A DNA stretch of 63,926 bases, filler included, from Neolecta irregularis DAH-3 (lineage: Eukaryota): NCBI GenBank assembly GCA_001929475.1. It is 4 parts of 4 records of this genome, joined end to end, with 100 filler letters (N's around TTAATTAATTAA, not from the genome) between each part and the next. Parts side by side here need not be neighbours in the genome. Positions count along the whole stretch, not along the records: positions 25,231 to 52,844 come from LXFE01000247.1; 3 more parts are not named here. One strand, given 5' to 3'. The notes under the pieces were generated by a model. The model was given only the letters and a program-made list of their open reading frames with translations, searched no databases and was not told the DNA's origin. The stretch's first letter is position 1; each line of letters begins with the position of its first letter. Below, one piece after another: positions 26,723 through 40,289 of this stretch. The position numbers were made by a program, and so were the translations under genes.

Positions 26723-26866
26723 TTGGTAGGTCTTGAATTTGTTGGGAAGATCACAATAGTTTGTGTCTTGAATTTTGTAGCGAACCTCTAAAGCCGTTGC
26801 TCGGCTGTGTTTACAAATCATTCCCAATTCTTTCATATTCCTGTTTCATACCTATACATAAATATT

Positions 26867-29800
26867 TTATATTCCCAACGCCTTGATTTCCTCCGTTACA
26901 TTCTGAAGCATCGCGAGCTTGTAAAATTGTGCGATATTAGCACAGATAATGAGTTTATCGATGATTGCGGATTTCTTGATTGTGCATACCCAGGTTCCCG
27001 AACAAGAGCAATACTCTTGTATATTGTCGATTTTGGCCTGCTTACATTTTTGGCATCGAATATCTTGAATTTGATAGGACATTAGATTCTGCTGTAGGTC
27101 AATAATAATTTGCTCTTCAATCGCTATCTGACTATAGGCATGAGCACAATTCGAGCAGGTCCATTGTGGAGGCTGGTTCTCATTGTCGTGATTGTTTCCA
27201 GAAAATATCTTGCCGTCACGGCACAGATCAATGTCTTGTGAAAGGTTGCAATACTCGCATGAAACATTATGGAGATTATACTTGGCGCAGTAATCCTCGA
27301 AGATCGCATCTTTGCTGTACTCGGGAACTGCCAGAATAGATAGCAAATCCCTTCGCAGTACACGAACTTCGAGATTAAGATTTTTGGCCAACGCAAATAC
27401 TGCACATAGCGATTTAATCAGTTCGAGAGTGGGATTTGTCAAGTGAAGATGCGATCCTGGCAAGTTTGGGAAAGCAAAATCGGCAGAATCAGTAGTATCC
27501 ATAATTGCTTCAGTATGTCTTCGATATAACTGTGTTATTTGTTTGCGCAGTGGCTTTGCGAAGCTGGTATTGAGCACACCGGCTTCAAGACCTTTCAATT
27601 CAACTTCGGCATCAACTTGACTGGAATTTCTTTGCACATTCCCGTGCTGGCTCGATAGGTTCGATACGTCGTTCATTTTAATGGCATGCATCGTCTCAAC
27701 AAATTTGACGGCCCAATAACGGAAGTCGCCTTGAATCGCAGGTGGAAGATATTTCTCTAGTTGCCAGTGAAAGACAGTCTCTAACTGTATATTATCTGAG
27801 TCAAGTGGTATGTTTTTTGTCGACATTCCCCCGTAATTTGTGCGATCCATCCAAAGAAGATAGTCCCAGTATTCCGTAATTTCTAGATCAAGGAAATGAA
27901 ACAGAGGTTTCGACTTGATTGCTTTGACGATATACTGTGAATAGGAGAAAGCATTTCCCAAAGCAAGCTTATTGGTCTGCAGCACAATCCTGGAAGGATT
28001 GGCGTGAACGATGCGTGATCCAATTCGCCGAAATTCTGACATGAGTTGTAAGAAAGACTTTCGGGTAAGGATTTGGACGTGTTGATATAATGATTTGTTG
28101 AAAAGAAAGGAATCGGTGCTCTGAATCCACTGCAGTAAATGTTGAACCATATAATCAGCCATGCTGACACCGAAACGAGCTTCTTCCCACCAACCTCTAA
28201 GCATATCCTTCAATATTGATATGGTGGAATTTGAAAACGAGTTATCCCCAAGCGTGATATGCAATGGCCGCTGATCGTCATCCAGAGCCTGATTAACATC
28301 ATTCACTGTGAATGATCCTGATAGGGCACCCTCAAGTTCATTGATGAGGGATGATGTCATAAGAGTGTTGATAGCGAGATTTTGAACCTTAATGTCTATA
28401 CAAACCGTCGAGAAAGCACCAGTATTCTGAATTTCTAGTAATTCGTTGAATTCGGATACACATGAAAATTCATCTTGTTCGTGCCCTCCAAAATCTGGCT
28501 TCGGTGTAGCAGACCACCAGAGAACATAATTTGATTGTCGTAATTTCCTCGCAAAAATTATATCCATGGAAAATTTTCCGGGGCTGGAGGAAATATCGCA
28601 GATCGGTATGTTGGCATATCGTGATAATTCAAGGCGATGGAACAACCATGCCCCGATTTCAAGGTAATGACTGATCATACGCTTGAGTATGTGATTTTGC
28701 CAACCAATTGATGGTAACTGTCGATCTGCTATTCGTGCGGGTAATTCAATAAATGGATGATCATTCAGTTGAGGTATTTCCAAGAAGAGGGTCTCTTTGT
28801 CGGGGCATTCAATGACTAAGATTACAGGTAGGTGTAGATCGTTTAGATGGCGTTGGAATATCTCTGCCAAAACCTTGAAGGCTTTCTTTTTGTCGCTAGA
28901 TGTTACGATTCTAAAGCTTACTGCCTCGCCATAATCAATCAATGACAATAATTGCGTACCCTGCATATTTGACTGGTGTTGGGAAAGAAGATCGTGGTAA
29001 AGGTTGTCAAGATTTGAAGGGTTCTGCGGATTGTGATCAGCGTCGACGATAACGATGTCAACAGAGTCTTGTTGGGCAGAAAATATCCCATAAACGATCC
29101 GTTCATTCACAGACAACTTGCAGACGTATACGTAGGCAACCTGCGCTTTGTCGAGGTAGATGGATTGTTTAGAATTCACCGGGTCGAGGCTGGCAAGATC
29201 GAAACCTTTGTCAAGCCCTCTACCTAAAGAACCTTCCACAGATGCTTGAAAAGAACACTGACAACCGACTTCGAGAATAGCGCGTATTCTCAATGGCAGT
29301 CTCTGCTCATATATGCCTTCGACCGAGGGATGGTTCAAGATGGTAGCAAAGTTCCGAGTCTCAGTTTGAAAGACTGGCTCAGGAAGGGACATCTCAAAGA
29401 GGTGAACAGACGATCTTCCATTGGGTAAGACCTTCTGGACTTTCTCGACGCTACAATCCGGAATTTCGACATTCGGGAGGTCTTCGTCTTTAAGATTGAC
29501 GTAAAATCTACGAGGAGCAATAAACCGCAGATCGAATATTTTCCCGTCGACCAAAACCCACGCGCGTAGTTCACCAGGTATAGAGGTTTCTCGTATTTGA
29601 AGTATATGCCAGGTCGAGCAAGATAAAACTTCTGTCTGGGTACGAAAAAAGGTTGCCAAATCATTGCGCCCCATGGTGCCTGTACCGAATAATATTCTTC
29701 GTCGATTCCGTGCGTTACGTTGAGCTATCCATTTTTTCTTCTGATATTTCAACCACTTGGGATACAATGTATACATGGATGGTATTTCTTCTGGTACCTC

Positions 29801-32800
29801 TATTGAAATAGCCATTTTAGCCTTGTCATGTGCCTTTTGGGGAAAGCCTTTGTTATCAAGAGAGGATATATCGACACTTTCGTTAATATCATACCCGACT
29901 TTGTACGACTGTAAATTGGTCTTGCGAGGAGGAGCAGCCTCATCCGTTGATATTTTCTGAAACATGTTGGAAAGTTTGTATTGCTTGAAATGATCGTTCT
30001 TCAAATTACGTTGTAACCAATCTGGATGCTTCACCCGAGGAACAGGATTCGGAACTTTCTGCATTGCAGCGGGCATTGTTACAAGCTTCTGGATAACAGA
30101 ACCCAACCGTTCAAGGTAATAATCCCAATCTAGAACCTCCCTGAGATCGTACTGACTCAAGGACTTATCCTTCTGCCATTTTTGTAGAAAGTGTTTCTTG
30201 ACTGGTTCTTCTGCAGAAAAGATTGCCACGGGTATGGCACGTTCAGTAACAGGTGCATCCTTGGGTTTAGCTGCTATGATGTATTTGCATGCTAGCCCTT
30301 TGTCTTTCACCATTTGCTCGCCCAAGAATTCAGCAAGACGTTTTGCCGTTGAAATAGAGGTGGACTTTTGGGCTCCGTAATCCTCAAGTGTGCGTGACAT
30401 ACTTCGATTTTCACAGATGAGATTGAGTAACTCGTCGTCTTGCAAATTCTCGCCGCGGGTATAAAGAATATCCAGCCATCGATCAGCTATTTTCCCAACA
30501 GCTGCATAGCATTCTGTCAAGGTGGTTCCCTCCAAGAACGACTTGAAGACCTCCTTCTGAAAAGATTTGACCAAGTTTAATTCTCCCCGACGCTTGATTT
30601 CAAACCCCTTCAGTTCAGCCAGTGTACCGTTTTGATTGAAAACAGCATAACGCTTCTTCAGATTTTTGCCTTCTTCCTTTGAAGTGGGCAGTATCATCGC
30701 TCGATAGGGGCCATCAACCTCGAAAAAGATGCTATTCTCACTATGAGTCTGGTATCTAAATTTCTCTGGATCGACGAGGTCTTGATACTGATGATTGGTG
30801 AAGCGAGTATGCACAAGATAGTTTAAGATAACACAGGGATAAGAAATGGTTATCTTCTTGTCGTTCTGTAGTTCGAATGTAAAGTTTTCGGGAAACGAAT
30901 CAGGAATGATACACCAAATACCGTCAGTATCCAATTCCAATGGGCGACCAATCCGTTCAATAAGCTGACGAGCCATCTGAATAATAGAAGCGCCGGTCAG
31001 GCAGGTAACACCCGCCATTTCCATGGAGTACCAGCGCGATCCTTTTCGCATAACATAGCCATAAAAAGAATTGAGAATGACCTTATGAGCCAATTGGAGC
31101 GAATCATATAAGACAACCATTTTATCAGCCTCGTTCATAGAAAGAGTATTTCCAGAGCCCTGTAAAGACTCGACCTTTCTCTTCCAGGATTTTTGATGGC
31201 CTTTATAGTCATACCGTCGATCGCGAAAACTTTTAACCGTATCAATGTAGAATGGGTTTTCTCTTTGGCAAATAATAGCTTCTTTTTCGACTACTTTATT
31301 GTCTCGAATCTTATGGTAAACTTTGCGACTGTATTCCGAAAGACGTTTATGGATGCATTTGGACTGCTCTTGGGTGGATAAATCAGAAAATTCTCGCTGT
31401 GAAGAACCAGGGTACTTTCCTGGATACATTTCATTTTCTAGTGTATGGCGTATCATGTTGTATTCATTCCGTTTGGCTGGGAAATACTCTCCGCGCCAAG
31501 ACCAAGGAAGTCGACGGTCGCATGTCTTTCCGGGCTTATTAAAATCACAGGCAGCGCATGTCGACTCATCGATCATCGAATCTGGCTGGAGCCGATTCGT
31601 AATCATAATGTTAGGATACATCGATGCGACGTCGAGATGGTAAATCTTTGGACATTCCTTCCGTGAAGGATTTATTTTCAGCTCCTCCAGTTGATTTACG
31701 ATGCTTTTTTTCACCTGGATGATAAGCAGCCGTATGATCTAAGAATTAGAATGGCTACCTCATCATAGTTCGTGATGTCTTGCATAATTTTGTGTTCTTC
31801 AACTTCGATGGTGAATTTCAGTGCAGTCTCAAGATCATTAAGGAGCTACGCGATCAATTCAGCATATTTCCTATAATACCTCATCGACTACACTGGTATC
31901 AATCTTGAAGTCCACTGGGATGTCATTACGGAATACACCAGCTTCCAAGCTCTCGACATGACCTCCAACGTATGTCTCGCTTTCGAGCAAATGTCCTTCG
32001 TAAAACTTGTCATGTTCCTCGGCGTGCTTATTTGGTAGGATGATTTCTTTCTGATACGCTTGTACCTTCCATTAGTACGGTCCTTAAAATTCACACAACC
32101 ATTAAGAGCATCTCACAGAGAGTGCCTGTACCCTTGCGAAGGACATCATCAGGGCCAAGGGGAATTATGTTACATAACGAAAAAATAAACGGATGAATGT
32201 ATTTCATGTACAGATAATATGTGGATACCGCATCAGATACCGAGTATTCTGCGAGGACTTGTGGTTTTTCTTCAGCGTAGCTAATAATCAACCAGTATAA
32301 CAAGACCATGAAACCTACATTGTCATCAACTCAGGATCCAGCTCGTGTGGATCATATCCAAGTTTTGCGGTTGTAACAGCCTTCAAACCTTGACTGCCTT
32401 GAGGAAGGTAGCTGTCTCTTTTAACCCATCGGTAACAATCCATGTGGGCACAGTGGTAGCTCTTATACTCGTCCTCATTATCTTTCATGAAGCCAATTTC
32501 TTTGTGCATATTGATTCCGTGTTTTCTAGCGCGTGCATCAATGAATGGCCAATCGAAAAAGTCTCCATTATATGTCACGATGACAGTAGGACAGGAATCC
32601 TGAATATGCTCAAAGAATCGAATCAATGTGGCTTTCTGGATATTCAAAAACCATCGAATACAAGAGATACCTCGTCTGGTTCATTGTAAATTGCGAATGG
32701 ACCTGGGTATTCGGGCTTTGGAGTGTATTCAAAGTCACTGATGTTTCTGGAAACGATTTCTCGATTCGTTATTAAGTATCCCTGGCGAATTAGGGCTTGC

Positions 32801-33932
32801 TCTCGATTGCAAATACCTGTCCATCTATCATGTATGAAATCATCATGACCTGATCAATCGCAGGATCGGGAAATTTTAGCGGTAGTTTCGTGGTTTCAAT
32901 ATCAAAAGCAAGAACCACTGGTTCTGCACGGTTTAACCTATCTTCGATTGGTTCAATAGATATATCACCGGCAATAAACGAGACAGTATACCATTTACCA
33001 ACTCGAATATCTGGAGGTCAGTGAACTGCTAGATAGAACGAGGACCTTTATCGATAGCCACTCGAACATGATATGGAACGTCGAATTCTCGGATATCTAC
33101 TATGAAATTTTGAGCATCCATAACTCCGGATGACATTTTCGTGTTATTTTCATCATCATCATCATCACTGTCGAATCCATCGCTAGACTGTTACTTGATT
33201 GGACTTTTTTATTTCAAATACTTCATTGCTTCAGCATAAGCGTCCAGGGCATCGAGTTTTGCATGATTCGCCAGAGCTATTGGAGAAAGTACACGTCTGA
33301 CTTGAAGGAGATCATTGACATTGTTAAAAAGAAGTTTCGTAAACGTCCTTCGATAACCTGTGAGGTGATTAGGCTAGGAGTGTCAATGAATTAGGTCGTA
33401 ATGGGAAATACAATGCGTAGATCTTCCTTTTTGACTCGTGAGATACGAACGACCAACCCCTCGAATCGTCTCCGTATATATTCCTCCACTTCTGTTTCTT
33501 TCCCTCGCTTGTCTTTAGCATGCTTAGTGAGAGGTCCAAACTTTTGAAGCAATCAAGAAGTATGGCTCGTACTTCATGGCTGCTTTGAAAGAGCCACCGT
33601 CATCTTGAAGGAAGTAGAAATCAACAGCAGCATAACTAGCCCCTGCTTCATCCGTGATAGTTGTCTGCAGGAGTTAGAATGAGCTGAAGAATAATGCACA
33701 CCGAATGCATATTAATGAGCCAACCTTCTCTTTTATGGCCTGCCTCATACCGAATGAACCCCATTTTTTCGTCTATTTCGGAAGCAATCAACCGATTCTC
33801 AACTTTAATATCTGGAACTGTGGATTTTTTATCAATTGCCACAAAGGAAGACTGATCATTTCCCCTTGAGCGATAACTTCCTCGGCCCAGACGAGCTTCT
33901 CGATTCCGATAGCTTTTATTCTGGGAAGTCAT
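26867..33932 (-). CDS. POL2: DNA polymerase epsilon catalytic subunit A
   Basis: Exonuclease LAFDIETTK and [13 protein letters not shown], polymerase [23 protein letters not shown] and LELDTDGIW, and C-terminal Cys motifs. One large 3' exon plus many small 5' exons. Confidence 0.97.
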
Positions 33933-34080
33933 GTACGAGAAACACGAGTGTTGGCGTTTAGGCTTACCCCAATTGCGAAATAGACAAGTGAAAGTGATGG
34001 AAATTGTCCAATCGATCGAGTGTTGGTGAGGGTCGTGCCACTACCAAAAGACGCGACTCCGACGTCAAACTAGATAAAAT

Positions 34081-34534
34081 ATGGACGAAGAACGACAGCA
34101 GCAGTTGGAAGAGAAACGATCTCGAAAACTGCCGGAATCTTGGGGCAATGCATTTCGGGTATACTCTAACTGGAAAACAGGCATTAACCATTCGGCAGAG
34201 TATTAGGATAGCGGATATTGCAAATGTGCATAAAACTCCATGCGCAAGGCAGGCCCTTTTGTATGGTATTTCTTCTGGGTTTCTCCTTGGAATCCTACAG
34301 TTTATGCTAAAGGGTATATAAGGTATTTGTTCTGTTATCTTACACCCAGCACCCCCAAAGAAGGTTGGGAATTATTTTGTTGGCGGAGTTTGTGGGGTTA
34401 GTGTCGTAATGTTTGAAGGATGCAGGTGGAAGAGAGTCAGGGAACTGACTCGCATGAAGGTAGCGATCGAAGAAATTGCAAGCAGAGAAGGTGAAAAGGG
34501 TCGTTCTGCCAATAATAAAAATCTATCATCATGA
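34081..34534 (+). CDS. COX20: cytochrome c oxidase assembly factor Cox20
   Basis: Three exons: MDEERQQQ...|SIRIADIANVHKTPCARQALLYG...|...GNYFVGGVCGVSVVMFEGCRWKR. Confidence 0.8.
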
Positions 34535-34648
34535 ATCCCAGTAATTCCCAACAAGCACGAAAGAGTGGACTAAATATGCTACAAACCAATCTCCTTCCAG
34601 CGCCAAGAATATAAATAAGGTGATCAGAAGGGATTATCTTGTTAAAAC

Positions 34649-37600
34649 TTACTTTGTAATCCGTATCGTCGTGTTGCCATCTTCGGAACTTCCCACTGCT
34701 TCGTCGTCATCAAGCTCATATTGATGCTGGCTGAGTCTTTCTATACGAAGTTCGCTTGCCTTTGCAAGTCCATCCGTGTAAATCTTGTACTTCACAATCT
34801 CTTTCAACAGGAATTGTGATTTTTGTTCCCAGTTGTTGAGAGCCTTTTGCCCGTTGGAGTGCTTCAAGTTGAACTGGAAGATTAGAGAACAAAGGAGATT
34901 TCCTCATACCGCACGCAACATCTTGGCACGAAGATCATTGTGTAGCTCAAATTCTTTTTCTAATCTGTTCACATATGTTTTGAGAGACTTTAATTGTTCA
35001 TCTTCGGAAAGTGAACTTGACATTAACGACTGTTGAGGCGGCTTCCAATCTTTAACGACAACTCGATCTCCGGGAAGCTTCCATCGAATAGAGTTTTCTG
35101 ACGAGCGGACGCTCATCCCTGTCGAGCATCTTGTGCGTTCCGCTTCATCATCATCTTCAAGATTCTCTATATTATCGAGATATTCACCCCATCCGTATTC
35201 TTCATTCGTGATTCCGGCATTTAACGGCTCTTTCGATAAACGTGCTGCCCAATAATTGGCAGTTGCCACCCATTCATGAACGAGTTCCGGAGTCCCGGCT
35301 TCGAAAAAATGGACTGCACCCGACGGTAACGTCAACACCCAGACATGAGCCCGGGATGAAGAATAGCCAGGAGGCGGTAAAGCTGATGCCAAACTTTGAC
35401 GAAGCAAAAAAGATCCAATGACAGTGGCATTGTCCTTCAATTAGTGGAGAATAGTTTTGGGGATTTACCGTCCAGTTCCCTCCTCCGACCACTTGCGTCC
35501 CATGCGATTGCTTATCAAAAGAAAATAGTCTCATTTGACCTCGCTCAATCACCACAAAATACTCTGTCCACCCGCGTTGTTTCGCCCTCTTACTCACACC
35601 ATCCATATGATGCTTGTGATTTAATAAACCCTCTTTCGCCCAAGGTGCGCCAGTCAAAGCAAGCTCGTCTTCACGAGTATCGCCTTCGAAATTACCAAAA
35701 GATGCATATTCTTCTTTTACGATTTGATTCGTTAATGTTTTGACGAATCCAACCGATCTTGTAGTTTGCAAATGATTAACGTTCATGGAATCCATTGAGG
35801 TGATCGAGGTAGCAGACTGACCGTAATATCGCGAATTAAGCTGTCCATGTCAGCATTGTTACTCGCGGAAGAATTCTACGCGAGAAAATGTGCTGCTTCC
35901 TTCAAGACTCTCCATGCTGATCCGACCTGCGGCTTCAAGATTCTTCGATCTTGGTTTCCGTTTACTATAGGGCCAATGACCCCCTAGTTTTGATGTTCGA
36001 GGTCCGGAAAAGCTGCTTTCTGAACCAGCATGGCTAAGCTGACTAACACTACGTTGGAGCGTTGACTGATATGCTGCGAATGAACCTGTACGACTAGCTG
36101 AACGCAAATGATTTTCATTTGACGACAATGGTTGGAGAAGGGCAGATTGTTTCACTGCGATGTAGTATTCCTGATGTTGATGAAACCTTTTGACTGATGA
36201 TAAAATACCTTTAGGACTGATTCCAAGGCGCTCTCCCAAGCCTTGCTTGATCTCGCATTCAGAAGAGCGTTATAACTTCCCACAGAGTCGTCCATTAGAA
36301 ACGATCGCCGATTATTATGAATTTCGCGAAAACGAGGTGTATTGTCCCGCCCTACAACCGGGGAGCATTTATGGTCTCCATCGAAATATTCAGACTCGGG
36401 CGTACTAGGGTAAGGGCTTGCTGTTGATGAATTGACGAGCATTGGGGATTCTCCATGGTCTGAATGTATTAATAGATTCGCAGATTCAAGTTGAGTTCTA
36501 ATTGCGGTCACTGTGTTGCGAACAAACTGAGATTTTGTCATCCGTTGACTAGAATGAAGTTCAGCTACGTGCAAATCGGTATTGAGTAAAAGAAGGGAAT
36601 ACGTTATTGCATGCGTCACGTCTGGTATCAGTAAGGAGATTCTAAGGCGGGTGACTACCGGGTATTTTGAAACCATGTTTAGGGTTGCATTCGCACCAAC
36701 GGCGGGAGAAAGTTTCCAGCAAGCGATCAACTTGCTGGGTCTCCCCTTTAATATACAAACGAGAACAGAAATTACTTTGATGTTAGTAGAAGATATGAAG
36801 ATACGTACCGCAAAGATGTCAATATGTCTAAATTATTAAAGTCAAAGAGGCTTAAATACGCAATTCGAGCTCGAGTATGTTGTGAGCCCTCGTCACCAAG
36901 CCATGAAGCTGCAATTTCTCTAGAAACGAATCCTTCCTTGCCATCATAGATGTCTCGAGCGATTTCTGCAGCTTGACCGTAAGTCAATTTTGAATCCGAA
37001 TTTCTGGGCAATAGTTTTTCTGTACCGTGAGAATCCTTTTGCGATATCTTTTCGTCAGGTGAATAATTCCGATCGCTGGTCTGATCTTGGGATCCCGATG
37101 GGCGTATTAGTTGTCCACTACTGCTGTTGTTGGTTTTTAGGTCTGTTTGTTCGTCTAGTGGGGTCTCCTTAAGTGAAGGCATTAAACTTGCAGGGTGATT
37201 AGATAATTTCTCAGACTGACTTGTGTGGTTAGAGACATTGCTCACTGTCCTCCCTCGTAGCTGGAGGTTGGGTTCTGGCATCGCGGGGTTTGTCAAAGAG
37301 GGATCGAGTGCAGCAGATAGGGATGCAATCTTCAAATCGGTGGTCATTGAAGATGGAGATGGTATTCGGGGTAATATATCTAGGGCATCTGAAGCCGTAG
37401 AGGGCGGGGAGGAATGCTTTGAGCCAACAGACTGATGTTGAGCGGCGGGTGGAGACGAGTGTGTGTGTACCTTTTTGCGTCTACGAAAAAATTCTGAAGA
37501 CTTTTTTAGGAGAGACCGCTGGGAGGGAATGGCGACTGAAGCTTTTGTAGGGCCGAGAGCGGGTTCCTTGCAAATAAGAGACCAAGGAAGCGAGAACTTG

Positions 37601-37924
37601 TCATACCTCGGTCAAGAAATGGTGCTGGGTGCCCAGATCGGAGATGGTGTTTGAGGTGCTGGTTCGGGATGAGGACGGACTGCCAAACAGGCGAGCAAGA
37701 AGACCATGCTGCGATTTCTGCGAGCGGGACGAGGTGCTCATGGCGGCTACGGGGTCGGGCGGCGCCGGTGGTTCTACTGATTCATAGCACAGCGTTTCAG
37801 CAAACTGCTCGATATTTCCGAGCGAAAAAGCGAGATCTGCCAACATTGACTGGCGGGGAGCAGCAGCCGGCAGGTCCATCTCGGTGTCTGAGGAATCGGT
37901 GTGGGTTAGCCAAGATGTCGACAT
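34649..37924 (-). CDS. Arf guanine-nucleotide exchange factor (Sec7 + PH domains, Syt1-like)
   Basis: Sec7 IKGETQQVDR and YSLLLLNTDLH. PH region LTGAPWAKEGLL..KH, GGGNW, ALPPPGYS and WVATANYWAARLSKEPL. Confidence 0.88.
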
Positions 37925-38108
37925 TGCATCCGCAGTCTGGCCAGGAGCCAAGGCGGCAAATTAAGCGTCACGAAGATCCCTGAATTACGAAAAAAGAAGG
38001 AGGGAATGAGGGCGGCGGGTGCTCAAAGGAATGGCAAGTCCCTGTCTGGCTTGGCGGTGACTGTATAATGCGGGTTGTTTCACCCCAGCCAGCATTCGCA
38101 AATACACC

Positions 38109-39072
38109 ATGAACAGCTACCTGAGGCGGTATCGATGTGCTTCTGGCGTAGCTGACCCGCTAGAATCGTCAACTATCCCCAGATGGTGTGTGAATACACT
38201 CCAAGAACGCGCAGTAACACCAGGACTTTGAAATGTCTATCTGGGAGATGCTCAATCTGCTCATCGCACCAAAGAAAGTATATCGCTCGGTCTACCACTA
38301 CGTATCCCCTTGCTGCCCCTGACACCATTTAATTCCTTCTAGAAGCGTATCCCATTGCCTTATTCAGGCCCTTGCTCATCCTAAGAAACTCGCGGCAGCT
38401 ACGCCCGGGCAGACCCTTCCTTTGTCGTCCTTCTTTCATCCTTCTTGTGTCTTGCGGCTATAGCATGGGGTCTAGCCTACTCGGGACGCTTCTTGGGAAT
38501 TATCCGCTTAATGGTTTTCATGGTCTTTGTCGACTTTGTTATCGTGGGTCTCATACTCTCGACCATCTCGTGGATTCTCGTCCAAAAATTCCTCACACGG
38601 CGGCCTAATAGCACTCTTGAGAGGGCAAGGGAAGACGAGCTTGAGTGGTATGTTCTCTTTTACGCTTTGCTCAAGGATTCAAGGGCATATTGTTTCGATA
38701 TACATTGCAACGCGTTTCTACCGGTATTTTTCTTAATCTATGTAGTCCAGTACTTTCTTATACCCGTTATCCTACGCGACTACTGGTAACGACGCCCATT
38801 TATCCCACCTTGCTTAAATGCCAGGATCTGTGCGTTCATAGGCAATACTTTATATCTAGTTGCGTTTGTGGATTACTCCTATATCACTTTCTTGGGCTAC
38901 AAAGGTTATTCGACTCATCTCCCTTCCAAAACTAACAAACTAAGCGCTGCCTATTCTTCAATCTCAGGAGATTTTTCTTCTACCTGTACTGCTGTTTGTT
39001 GGCTTCTACCTGACTAGTCTCTTCTTATCTTGGAATATCGCAGAACATATCATAAGAGTATATTTTACATGA
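38109..39072 (+). CDS. GMH1: UNC-50/Gmh1 Golgi membrane protein
   Basis: Spliced MNSYLRRIVNYPQMDFEMSIWEMLNLLIAPKKVYRS, YARADPSF and LEW|AYCFDIHCNAF. Confidence 0.9.
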
Positions 39073-39181
39073 AAAAACTTCCTTTATTCAATAATACATC
39101 AATGTATGTTGTGAGTTCGACGCCGTTCAATTGCTTGGTGTATCGAAACATACTTGACATTTTCTACTTGATCCAGCTGTT

Positions 39182-40222
39182 ATGCCTCGTAACTTTCTCC
39201 CGCCAAGTCTTGGTTTTGTACAAGGTCCATTGCCAGAAAATGAAGTAGTAGATATATACGCAAACTTCCTCGGAGGCTCACCTGTAAGTTTTTCAAGATT
39301 ACGTACTAATACTAGCCAGGTTTGGGTTGATAATACGAAGCCACCAGATGGGACCCTCTCAACTTGTTCCTTTTGTAACTCCCATCTTGTCTTGCTCGTC
39401 CAGTTATATGTGCCTGTTGGGGATCGCTATGATCGAATAGTCTATGTGTTCTGCTGCAAGGAAGTCAACTGCCATCGAAGACCTGGTTCGTTTTGTGTTT
39501 TTCGGAGAACGAGAAGATCCAAGAGACATCCATTTGTCCACGAAAAAGCTACCCAATCATTTTCACAACCCGGGACAACTATCTTCGATTCAAATAATTC
39601 CGGCCCATCCCTTTCGAATCCCTTTGTTCTTTCAAATAATAGTAACACCTTCACCTCCACTTCACATTTGAAGAGAGAAATTGAAATTCTATCAACAATA
39701 ACAAAATCTCTCACTCAGTCGTTAAACATCACAAGTACTACCCAAACTCATCCTGCTCACTCAGACTCTCGAGTTACATGGTCGAAATCTGTTCAATCTT
39801 ATCCTTGTAATCTTCTCTACTTTGAGGATATTCCGGCCGAAACATCGCACAACACCAAATATTCACTGCCCTGTCTCGATGAGACAAGTAATGATGAGTG
39901 GGCCGGCGAGAGCTATGAGAAATCGGGCAACTTTGACAAAGAATTCCAAAATTTCACTTCATTCGTCTCAAAGAATCCAAGCCAATGTATCCACTATAAC
40001 ATTAATGCAACTCCACGTCACTTCTCCAATCAATGGAGAGGAACTCTAATTCCAGCATGTCCTTGTGGCTCGAATCGCAGGTTTGAGTTTCAAATCATGC
40101 CTCGAGCGGTTGATTTGCTTGATGAAACTATAGACTGGGGCACAATCATTATCGCAACATGTGCTGCAAACTGTTCGACCGAACACATGTATGCAATGGA
40201 ATGGGTTCTAATCGAATATTAA
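39182..40222 (+). CDS. TSR4: PDCD2/Tsr4 family uS5 chaperone
   Basis: LGGSP|VW, CSFC..LLVQLYVP...DRIVYVFCC, and C-terminal CPCGSNRRFEFQIMP...DWGTIIIATC. Confidence 0.85.
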   Translation: MPRNFLPPSLGFVQGPLPENEVVDIYANFLGGSPVSFSRLRTNTSQVWVDNTKPPDGTLSTCSFCNSHLVLLVQLYVPVGDRYDRIVYVFCCKEVNCHRRPGSFCVFRRTRRSKRHPFVHEKATQSFSQPGTTIFDSNNSGPSLSNPFVLSNNSNTFTSTSHLKREIEILSTITKSLTQSLNITSTTQTHPAHSDSRVTWSKSVQSYPCNLLYFEDIPAETSHNTKYSLPCLDETSNDEWAGESYEKSGNFDKEFQNFTSFVSKNPSQCIHYNINATPRHFSNQWRGTLIPACPCGSNRRFEFQIMPRAVDLLDETIDWGTIIIATCAANCSTEHMYAMEWVLIEY

Positions 40223-40289
40223 TTAATTCACTATATGCACTTAAGCCCAAATATAATACAATGTGCCAATTGCACCAGTTTCTTACGAG

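Noticed and set aside
26867..33932. Intein or catalytic inactivation in Pol2
   Set aside because: Polymerase and exonuclease motifs are intact and no large insertion is evident.
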